A stretch of DNA of 64,000 nt from Octopus sinensis (Eukaryota), in assembly GCF_006345805.1 (NCBI RefSeq), contig NC_043013.1, forward strand, positions 36,766,001-36,830,000, read 5' to 3'. The notes below the pieces were generated by a model. The model had not been told where the DNA came from. It saw only the letters and a program-made list of their open reading frames with translations, and ran no database searches. Position numbers and translations under genes: made by a program. Positions 52,784 to 64,000 of this stretch are shown here, piece after piece (position 1 is the stretch's first letter; every line of letters begins with the position of its first letter).

Positions 52784-53120
52784 TCTTTCACGTGTTTCAA
52801 TCATTGGATTGATTGCAACGTGTTGGAGGGTTTTAGTCGAACAAATCGATTCCACTACTTATTCACTATATTAAAGACTGGTATGTATTGTATCGGCCTC
52901 TTTTGCCGAACCACTGGTTCTCGCGGTTGTGGGGCGACAAACAAGCGCAGATTGCGTGTGCGCATGCGACGGATGTCTTTCAGTTTCCATCTACCAGATC
53001 CACTCAGAAGAATTTGGTCGGCCCAAGGCTATAGTAGAAGACACTTGCCGAAGGTACCACACAGTGGGATTGAACCTGGAACCATGTATTTGGGAAGTAA
53101 ACTTCTTATTACGCAGCCAC
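52784..53120 (-). mobile_element. Family B SINE
   Basis: ttttgccgaacc...tctttcagtttccatctaccagatccactc...ggctatagtagaagacacttgccgaaggtaccac...gcagccac. Confidence 0.75.
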
Positions 53121-53361
53121 AAAAGTTTTAACTCAAGTGAAAAAGCAACATGGTTTGGTTGTTGTACAGGATGATTTATGCAAAACCAAGAAAAGAAATC
53201 AATTATTTAAAATTTCCCTTAGTTAAGGAAAAGAAAAACCTAGCGGTATTTGTTTACACTCTCAAAAACAAAAGGGAGAGATTATTTCGAGAAATTAAAA
53301 ATTGATTTCACTAATTTAATATTGTCTCGGAGAAAATCATATCTTGTTTCGCTAGCTAAGG

Positions 53362-53522
53362 CACTAGCGTAGCTAAAGGGAGTGAAGGGGTGGTCCAACC
53401 CCGGCGGCACTTTTATGAGGGCGGCATCACTTCTGGATCTGCTGTAGGCAATATGTATTTGGCGAGGTGGGGTGGGGACTGAAGGGCCGCCCTGAGCAGC
53501 ACACACTCTATCTACGCTAGTG
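53362..53522. mobile_element. 161-bp MITE with CACTA-type termini and 2-bp TSD
   Basis: Left end CACTAGCGTAGCTA, right end TATCTACGCTAGTG (11 bp perfect, 13/14 overall). GG is duplicated at 53360-53361 and 53523-53524. The interior is GC-rich. Confidence 0.7.
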
Positions 53523-54185
53523 GGTCAAGGAGACTTTAATGGACACGGTTTTTTTTTTTCAATTCCTCTTTAACTTCATCAAAATATTATCTTCTACTCA
53601 AAACTTGCTTTGATCAATATTGAAACGTCTTTCTTAAATATAATAGTCGCAAAGGTCAGTGAAAAATTCATGCAATTAAAACGTAAATTGACCCAAAGGA
53701 AGGCAGTGGGCTACTGGCATGAATTTAAAATAAGTTATATATACATATTTCAGGACTGGATTCAGTTTTAAGTAAAACAAGCAGCACGTGTTTATGAAAT
53801 CAATGGTAGGAGCGCCACATGTGTATCGGAATTTCCCATGCAGCATACGGTGCAGCTGAACTATATCCCCATTTTTAAAAAAATGTCGAAAATATGCGTT
53901 TTCTTTTTTTCTGTTGCATTAATTATAAGTAATAATTTCCTTGTGTTGCTTTACTGCATTTTAGTCTTAATGAAAAGGAAAAAAAATGATCACGTCATAT
54001 TTGATTTCGTTGTGAGGTCTGCGTTGAAGGGGTGTCAGGGAAGAATATTGGGTTTTTAATCTATTATATCACATTATACAGCACTCATGCCTTAATTGCA
54101 TGTCACCCAGACAATGGACAAAGTTGAGGGGGTGCACCATTGTTGGGCTCTGCTTCAGGTATCAGTTGACCTTAATCCGGCCTTG

Positions 54186-54287
<102 letters not shown>

Positions 54288-54552
54288 TGTGTGTGCACTT
54301 CTGCTCACAAACGTTTACAACAGTTCCTTTAGGTACGATTATTTTTCGTAATCCGCAGTTGTAATCTAAGTACTAGTATATTTCATTGATATGAGAACGG
54401 AACGAAATCACAAACATACATACATACATGCATACATACGTGTATGTATGGTGTATGTATGTATGTATGAGTTGTATTCATGAACTTTTGTTTAAGATAG
54501 AAACAAACTTTTCTATACGGTCATCTCTGATTGAATATGTAATAACATCTGA

Positions 54553-54592
<40 letters not shown>

Positions 54593-55455
54593 TGTGTGCG
54601 TGCTTATCTTTAGAAGCTAAGTGCATCGCGTAACAGGATCCAGACTGTCTCCTGACCACAGACATTTTAGCTCACTTGGGACTAACTTAAAGAGATAATT
54701 GTGAAAAGATAGAAAAAGAAAATTGAAAGAGAATCTACACTCATAGTTATGTGTGTGTGTGTGTACGAACTAAAGAATAAACAACAAAAAAAAAAAGAAT
54801 TAGATAATTTGCATTGATCGTGTTGTATGAGTTTACAACTGTGTTATATCACATTTTAAAGTATAGCGCACTGCCATTGGTTTTAATTCACCTTTGGTTG
54901 ATACCAAAATTTCATTCGGGGCTGTTAATCTGACCGTATACACTTTTACGAAATGCTGTTATGTCAAAGCGACTGATAGGATAGGACGTTTACCTGAGAG
55001 AAGAGATAGGCGGTAGGCAGCTATATTTAATATAGTTACATGCGCTGGTATGACAACTTATTGACAACAAATGTTATTCCCGGCCTCGTCTTCTTATTGT
55101 GTCTCTCTCTACGGTTTCCGTTGCTTTAAATGCTCATGAGAAAGTCATGAACGTAGCAGTTTTCTAACTTCTTCCCTCCTCAAATCTCTAAATGTCTCGG
55201 CCCTTCATGCAGAACTATCTTCGCAGTCTTACAGGCCTTTGCGCAAATAAATGTACTAGGCCTTATTGTATTATCATAGTTACTTTTTGACAGCAAACCC
55301 CAACATACATAGATCAGAATAGACCCCGGCCCTTGGGTATATGTCGTAAGACGGTGCTGTCCCCTTTAGTCGAAGGAAATCAATCTTGTTCAATGCATTC
55401 AAATATGTAGATTTAGACGGGCAGACAGACAGGCAAGCAAATAGATAGATAGATA

Positions 55456-55509
<54 letters not shown>

Positions 55510-55629
55510 TAGATAGATAGATAGATAGATAGATATAGATGAACGCGCAATGGTGGAGAGAAAGGCATGAGGGAAAGAAACAATGAGGAAACATTGAATG
55601 AGAGAGAGAGAGAGAGTTGTGTAATATAT

Positions 55630-55671
<42 letters not shown>

Positions 55672-55809
55672 CAAGAGGGTGGAAACAAAAGGAAAAAAGA
55701 ATGATACTATTGAGATGAGGACAAACTAGATTATATAAGACATGGATGAAATTAAAAGCCATGCTACAACACACGTGTGTGTATATATATACATATACAT
55801 ATACATACA

Positions 55810-55873
<64 letters not shown>

Positions 55874-56121
55874 GTGTGTGTGTATGTATGTATGTATATG
55901 TATATAAGGAACGAATACTTCCACCCAACAAGACGGCGAACACTGTCTGAATCTGGATACGCTTGCGTGATTTCGATATAACAGTGAGTCGAGGGTTGGT
56001 ATGAGTGCTGAGCAAGGGAATGAATTGTGAATGACACGGAGGGGGGAAGGGGTAGTATTGTAGATGAACAGAGGTGGAGGGAGGGTGGCGCTAGACAAAT
56101 AAGAGCGATTGGGTGTATGGA

Positions 56122-56173
56122 GATATCTATCTGTCTGTCTATCTATCTATCTATCTATCTATCTGTCCGTCCG

Positions 56174-56244
<71 letters not shown>

Positions 56245-56261
56245 GTCCGTCCGTCCGTCTG

Positions 56262-56329
<68 letters not shown>

Positions 56330-56386
56330 CCTATCTATCTATCTATCTATTTATCTATCTGTCTATTTATCTATCTGTCTATCTAC

Positions 56387-56460
<74 letters not shown>

Positions 56461-56500
56461 ACCTATCTACCTGTCCATCTATCTGTCTGTCTGTCTATCT
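56122..56500. repeat. ~380-bp (TATC)n / (TGTC, CGTC) compound microsatellite
   Basis: Direct reading; it explains the YLSI ORFs on both strands. Confidence 0.95.
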
Positions 56501-57023
56501 GTCCGTATCTAACTGTCCGTATCATAAATATTTCTCAGTTTCTATAAGATTTCGTGCAGTCTACACAAATAATAATAATAACAGACTTGGGAAAATCTAG
56601 AACGATACATATTGAATCCGTAAAAAAAAAGCAGCAAGTCTCTTGGAGTTTTAATGACAGTCGAGGAGAGACAGAGAGGGGGATCCGATGGATAAGTCTT
56701 GGTGGGCCGAATTTGCCAAGAAATCCAGGATCCTTTGTTATCCACGAATTTCACTTCGCGATTTATATGAATTACGAGGGGCCCGTTATTCTTTTACTTA
56801 GGTGTATATCGCCAAATAAAACTATGGGGGGGGGGTGAGATACGCATAAACATCACTACATCGCATTTGTTAGCCGCTCATTGCATAGCGGAAGGCGAGA
56901 GAGGAGGGCAGAGAGAGAGAGAGAGAGAGAGAGAGAACTATGACGAAAAATAACATTAGTGGAGAGGTAAATGACATAGGAAACTAATGTTACACTAAGT
57001 AAGGAAGGAGGGAAACATAACTG

Positions 57024-57066
<43 letters not shown>

Positions 57067-57942
57067 CGTGTGTGTGTGTGTGTGTATTGGGAGGGGCAGG
57101 CAGAGGTGACAGGAAGGAGGAGTTGTACTAGATTTAGTGGTTAAGTGGTGTCGTCGAAGGATGACGAGGAGGACGTCGCAACAGTAGTGGTAGTTGCAGT
57201 TGATTGTTTTGTGTGTGTGTGTGTGTGAGTGTGTGATGTGAAGTGAAGATGAGAGCAAAGCTGGAAGAGTCTTCGACGAGGAGGAGGAGGAGAAGGAAGA
57301 GAGGAGAGGAAGAGAAAGTAAGGCGGAAGAATTGAAGCACTAGCGACGTGCAGCAGCAGTGAGGTGAAGTAAGAGGTGGAGTAAAAAGAGGAGGAAGGGG
57401 AGGTTGTGTTCACTGCCAATATAATTGCTTTGCTTGTCTGGCCAAATCAATGCTGACTACTGTGTGTGTGTGTGTGCGCACGTGTGTGTGTGTATGTGTG
57501 TGTGTGTGTGTGCTCGTATCGCTTCGTGCTGGTGTGTGTGTATGTGTATGTGTGTGTGTGTGTGTAATGTGTAAAGATTATAATGACAGGGGGAGTGGAG
57601 AAAGACACCACCCACTACTGCTGTTGCTAATACTACTACTGCTGCTGCTATTAATACCTTTAATGAGGCAAAATTGCAGCAGCCGGAACGAAATTGGGAG
57701 GAGTAGTGGGAGTAGGTGTAAAGATCTATATGAAAGTGTGTGAAGCTGCATATACAATACACAGTGTACATATGCATATCCATACACACGTACATGTTAT
57801 GGATGTGTGCGCGCGCGTTGTGCGTGTGTGTGTGTATAATATATAATTATACTGGTTGTTACCCACAAGTCTGAGTAAAATCTCCGACAAAGTGTTCCAG
57901 GTGTGACCATCCCGTCTTTCTGTGTGTGTGTATCTATCTATG

Positions 57943-57993
<51 letters not shown>

Positions 57994-59600
57994 GAGTGGT
58001 AGATTATACAAAGTATCTTTCCTTTCTTTTTAACATGATTGGGTTTGATCTGAGGGAATTCAGTTTCTATTTCTAGCGGCCAGAGCGATCATGATGCAGT
58101 TTCCTTTCTAGCTCGTATTTGTAATATGTATAATATAAATTACATCGGCGAAGTTTCACGTAGTCGGTCTGTTTGGTAAAAAAAAAAAAAAAAACACGAA
58201 CAGCACAGTTAAATTCACCTTTTTGTACACAAGCTAATCAGGAGCCGCTACGTGGTCGTTCGACCTGCTAGAAATACTAGTCCAATCTCTCTTAAGACGC
58301 TTTCGTCTTTATCTGATACGAAAACCACATCGCTAATTAATCGCTCCGTCTTCGAATTATACTTCTCCCCCGACTCCTTAATCTTTACGAGGAAGCGTTG
58401 TAAAGTTGCTCTCCAAAGTTCTCTGATTTCTAACCACATGGAGGAGCCGTTTCAATCGAGGTGCTTCTCTTTGATGCATTTGGAGAAATCTATTGATTTG
58501 TAACGTTTGTTCTTGTTTTGTAATGTCCACAGAGGTTGACTCTATTTATTGGTGGCTATCAACAACAATGACGAAATTAAATAATAATTTTATAATGCAT
58601 TAAGTTGTACGTGGCTTTAATAAAAATCGTTATGGGTATTGGTCTATCGTTATCTTACTGTGTCTGCTAGCGAGCTCGATATAAGATAGACAGGTAGATA
58701 AGGACTATGAGAAATCTGTTTTAATTGTTGTTACATGCCGCAAGTAATTGTTGTTGTGGAAAGATCCGAGTTCAAACCTCATCGAACTCGAGGTGTGTGT
58801 GTGTGTGTGCGAATAATATGCGTTCGGCGGCTGCTGACGAAGGGACTTTACATGTTTACGTCCGTCTGTTTTCGCTTTTCCTTTACCGTTGTATCCTGTC
58901 CGACTGTGCTAACATTTCTTTTTCCATATGTGTACGCATAGCGTGTACTTTATATGTGTGTGTGTGTGTGCGTTTATATACTCACGTAAACACATCTGCG
59001 TGAGCGTGTGTGTAGGAAAATAAAGAACTGATTTTATTATTGATAAAAAAAAAAAAAATAACAATCCGAAACAAACTAGCTAAATCTAATCCCGTCCACA
59101 AATGGAAACACACACACACACACATGATCTTTAATCCTTTTCCTTAGATTTTTAATTTATTTAATATTTTTTTTACCTCCTCTCCCTATCTGACTGATTT
59201 CAATAGCTTCTCTCATTTATTTTAATAAATTGATCAGTTTCTGTTCAATCTCAACTCTATCTCTATTTAGCTTCCTAGTTTATCTTCTTGCTCTCCTCCT
59301 CCTCCTTCTCTCCCCTCGTTCTCCTTTCTCTTTCTCTCTCACTCTCTCTTCATTCAACTCATTAAAAAACCTACTCGCCGTTTTTCTTTTTTTTCTTTTT
59401 TTTTTTTGCTCTGTATTTTAATATATGTCTTACTCTTCATACGAGACTTGGCGCAGGTAGGTTTGATGTATTATTAATCATTGCCTCTGCTACTAAATGG
59501 GATAAATTTTTACTTCACGCGAGGAAATGTACGTAATATACAGACTCAAAAGTGTAAGTATTTACATCGTGGTGCTGACGTTACTATTGAGAAATATCTT

Positions 59601-59644
<44 letters not shown>

Positions 59645-60878
59645 CACACATATGATGATGATGATGGTGATAGGAATTGCTTTGCGACTAGACTTCAGAA
59701 CTTTAAAGAATGCAAACAGAACGAGTAGTATGAAACCGTTGGTTTTTTTCTAACTTTGAATGTAGTTTCGATTCCTAGACTAGCCTCGCGATTTTTTTTT
59801 TCCGATTTGTATTTTTATTCGCACACACACACACACACACAAATAAATTAATGACTATTATTTGTCTTACACGGCGAGTTTTCGATCTTGTTCTTGTTTT
59901 GTGTACTGTATTTCTTCTTACGAAATCTGTGCGCCTGTATACACACATATATATATATGTATGCGTATGTTTATGTGTGTTAGTGTGTGCGTGTCTACGT
60001 TAATGCACTGTTGTATGTATGTATATATGTATGTATGTGTGTACCTATGTGTGTGTATTTAATATGAAGGTATGCAGATGCCGTTGCTGCTTTTTTTTTT
60101 CTACTCTCGCTCCTCCTCCCTCCTCCTCCTCCTCCTCTAGCCATCACTTCTTCTTCTTCTTCTGCTTCTTCGCTCTAACCCGGAACGTTGCTGCGGAAAA
60201 CAATGTCTACACACGGTTTTGTGCACACGAGCACACACACAGACGAGCTGTCGGTCGCGAACACAAACTACTCAAGCGCGGGCTTCACGCACAGCCAGCA
60301 GAGAGAACCTCTCTCTCTGTGCGTGGTCGCTCGCTCATTCCCTCCCTCATATCAAAAGACAGTCATTTGTTTTTTTCTTTACTTCTTTTTTTTTTGGTTT
60401 TTGATGTTTGGAAAGACACTTTGGATGATGACACATTAATCCTCAAAAAAAAGAGGAAATGAAAAAGAACTGGATAGCTATGGCTGGAATGCCTTTGTCC
60501 ATAGGCCTGCTCATTCAGGGCTAACATGGGACAAAAACTACAATATTATTATTATTATTATGTAGTAGTAGTAGTATGTTGATTCTTTTTTAAAATGGAC
60601 AAGGAAGTTTTATGTGATCTGACAAAATGGGTAAAATCAGAATAGAAAAAAAAAATTTAAGAAAAAGTGTTAAGTGAAGAAAATATAGCATTTTTAGATG
60701 AGTGATAGTAATGGTATTTGTCGCAATGGATGGTAATGGTATTAAGATGGTATGGTCACTCTAAACTTTTTTTCACTCTGAATCCCACTTAGACCGTAAA
60801 TGAACGATTTGAGATGCATCTGCAATGAAATCTGAGAAAAAGAGCATTTGCTTCCGTTTGTCAGTTAGCAATCACCGT

Positions 60879-60914
<36 letters not shown>

Positions 60915-61977
60915 ATATATATAGCAATCACCGTTATATATATTATATATATAATATATATATATTTGTTATAAAGTCCTTTGAATTGTTAGTCAGGAAG
61001 GGAAAAAGAACGTGGAATGACTTGTGGTTAAGAAAATAAAGTTTGAAAAAGAAGCAATCCATGTCTTTAATAGTTATTGTGACGTAAGGCATGAAAAAAA
61101 GTTGAGAATGTTGGAGTGAGCGAGATATATGGGATGTTTCATGTATGTCATAATTCGTTAAAGCAGAAAAAAAATTTAAGAAATAAAAAATAAAAAGAAA
61201 AGATCATCTCGAATCAAAACAGACATACAGTTCATATCGGGAGTCAAAACCACATTCGGCTCAGCGAAATGTATCACTCGGGCCCGAAAACTTTACTGTT
61301 GTGGATTTAGCCTCTAGGTAATTTGTGACAGTAAATCGAGATCTAAATAACATGCCAGCCATGACTGTTGCCGTTTGTAAACTTGCTTTCATGTGTCTGT
61401 TTGGATATTTCTGTATGGTTTAAAGTCTTCTTTAATACTTGTCGGTGACCACCAACTTTTGAAGTGGAATTTGAAAAGGTTTTGCTCATAAGATTATTAT
61501 AAATCAATCTTGTTGTTTAAAAAAAAACATCATTATTTCCTACAAGCTTACTTTAAAAACACAAACACTCATACTCTATGATAAACACACTGCACTGTTG
61601 GACACACTCGTACGCGTTATATAGATGCATTCAGATATACATACATATTTTCTCATGGAGGACAACTGATAGATGATAATAAACGAGGCAAAAACCACCT
61701 GCAATTGGTTTAAATTATATGGCTAACGACTGCTACATTTTTGCTGCTGGCCTGTCCGAGAAACACGAGTGTTTCTGCTCGTTCGTCTGTCTGTGCATAT
61801 CTTTTTTTCTTTTTCATGCGTGCTTATGAAAATAATACATTTTGTAAAAAACCATGGTTTTCCTAAAGTTAAGCACAATGCCCTTAATATTAAGTTGGTT
61901 TCAGGCACCGTGCTGTAGTTTGATTTACGTCTGAAAGGTATTCTGTTTTGGATTATTTCCTCGTTATTAGTCCCAAT

Positions 61978-62165
61978 AAAATACTTAGCGGCATTTCTTC
62001 TGGCTATTTATGTTTCTGAGTTCAAGTACCGCCGAGGTCAGCTTTTGCTTTTTCATCCCTTTCGACACGGTTACTTTAAGCACCATTACAAATATTGAGA
62101 TCGATGTAGTGACTGGCAGCTCACCCCCAAAAATAAATTGATAACCTTGTGCCAAATTTCGAACC
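61978..62165 (+). mobile_element. Decayed family A SINE
   Basis: aaaatacttagcggcatttc...ttctgagttcaagtaccgccgaggtcagc...ccttgtgccaaattt. Confidence 0.65.
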
Positions 62166-62221
62166 CTTTATTTCCTCATACCTTACGATGCAAGGTATAT
62201 CAAACTACGTCTAGCTATTTT

Positions 62222-62224
<3 letters not shown>

Positions 62225-62307
<83 letters not shown>
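62225..62307. repeat. Long perfect (AT)n microsatellite
   Basis: Direct reading. Confidence 0.95.
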
Positions 62308-62310
<3 letters not shown>

Positions 62311-62541
62311 TTAATTATGCCAAGGACCTTTAATTCTGTAAGGGATGTTTATATATATATAAGGATATGACACGAGAGTGGAGGATTACAGGCTTTAACA
62401 ATAGTAGATCATACACACACACATTATTATTATATTGTATAATATTGTATGTGCATACAACGCAATCTATAGTTATGCATTTCACACACACACACACATT
62501 TATATATAACAATTCCTATTGTACATGTTACATGCATCTTG

Positions 62542-62621
<80 letters not shown>

Positions 62622-62714
62622 GGTCCCGGGTTGAGTCGGGGTTAACCACAGTAAATAAGGTACTCAATACATAGCAGAGTAAATTAATTTATTTTATAGA
62701 AGGAGCTTCTACAG

Positions 62715-62745
62715 GACTAGAACTGTTTCATTCAAAAGAAATCAT
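62715..62745 (-). mobile_element. Truncated hammerhead-like motif abutting (AT)n
   Basis: Minus strand AUGA-UUUC-UUUU-GAAU-GAAAC-AGUUCUA-GUC. The CUG of the core is replaced by microsatellite. Confidence 0.35.
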
Positions 62746-62776
62746 ATATGTATATATATATCACATACATACATAT

Positions 62777-62834
<58 letters not shown>

Positions 62835-63242
62835 CACACACACATCCACACCACACTCACATACAGTATGTAATATAAATTAATTAAACTGTCTATATAC
62901 ATGTGTTTGTTGCGTGTCTGTGTGTGTGTGTGTCTGAAGTCAAGTTTGATTGGTTAACATTTTAAGTTTATCAATGAATAACACTTTTCTAAAATTCGTT
63001 TATGATTTAAGATTAATACAGGCGGAGACTACTACCGTATAAAATATATATTTGAGACAAACCGATTCATCAGCTTCTGGGGTAATTTATTTATTTATTC
63101 AATTTTCACATTCAATCTTCTCTCTCAAATTTGTAAAATATTATCAACAAGGCCTTTTTTTTTATCTCTTATTTATCTTTTTTATGTTTTCTCTATCTCA
63201 TCTTGTCTATTTTTGTGTGTGGATTTATACATACATACATAC

Positions 63243-63273
<31 letters not shown>

Positions 63274-63400
63274 CATACATACATACATACAAATATACAT
63301 ACACAGACACACACTCACACTCACATTCATACATACATATTATGTGTGTGTGTTTTCTTTTAAATTAACTATCAATCTTTTCAAGGTTGTTGTATGTAGC

Positions 63401-63603
63401 CTCTGCGGGATCGCTTGACTTGTTAGAAACAGAAGCAAAAACTTCCGTCAAACCACATCCTATCTTTAAAAAAGAGATGATGCACTCATTGGCTGATTGT
63501 TGTTATGTTATCAGATTGCTGATGGGATTGTCACAGCAGAAGCGCCTCTGGCCATAGGCCTTCAGAATCGGAACTGACCCAGGACTATATATGCAACAAC
63601 AAC
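63401..63603 (+). mobile_element. Family C short element (decayed) with (AAC)n tail
   Basis: gggatcgcttgacttgttagaaac...ccataggcc...tgacccaggact...caacaacaac. Confidence 0.55.
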
Positions 63604-64000
63604 CGATGTTTATTTTTATATCTGTAACTGTATACATACACTCACACACACACACACACAACTATTGACCGGAATCGGATCTTGTAGTTGCTTAGATTCC
63701 ACTCACATAAGTATATATACTTTCACCCCACACACTTACTTACTTTCTACATAGTTTTGCATTTAAATATCAGTTTGTGTGTTTGTGAAGAATAGTGCTA
63801 AAAATGAGAAACGGTTAAAGAATAATATACACACATGACACTATTTCAAAAGTACGCTGTTGGAAAACGGATTTCCAAGCATATATATGAAGCGTGAGTG
63901 GTTGTGGAAGCCGTCAAACACGGAAGTCCCTGGTCGGAGATGATAAATCAGTGTGGCAAGTGTTGTGGTCTCGTTAGCTTTTTCCACATCAGATCAATAG

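Noticed and set aside
55280-56600. Long YLSI/IYIY ORFs
   Set aside because: (TATC)n and (AT)n microsatellite artefacts.

Overview
Eukaryotic, AT-rich genomic DNA, most likely from an octopus. That assignment rests on my recollection of the SINE families and on the extreme microsatellite load, not on a database search. The window contains one large coding exon of a ZFHX3/4 (zfh2/ATBF1-type) zinc-finger homeobox gene. The exon spans 271-3544, the CDS runs 325-3544, and it encodes about 10-11 zinc fingers. It ends at a phase-1 GT donor and is followed by an intron of more than 60 kb with no recognisable downstream ZFHX exon; the homeodomains lie outside the window. The intron is packed with microsatellites and at least five short interspersed families, which I label A-E. 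It also holds a fresh 5'-truncated Dong/R4-type RLE retrotransposon end inside a (TAA)n tract, decayed RTE pieces, a 161-bp CACTA-ended MITE, five Penelope-type minimal-hammerhead-like motifs, and a ~1.06-kb tandem duplication bounded by (GT)n tracts. I see no clear new multi-gene system. The most interesting signals are the hammerhead-like remnants, a self-nesting SINE array with a perfect 67-bp duplication, a GTCGA-N5-TCGAC stem-loop shared by two SINE families, three uORFs (one per frame) at the ZFHX start, and an in-frame internal splice donor that would drop three zinc fingers. Nearly all other ORFs in the track are microsatellite artefacts.
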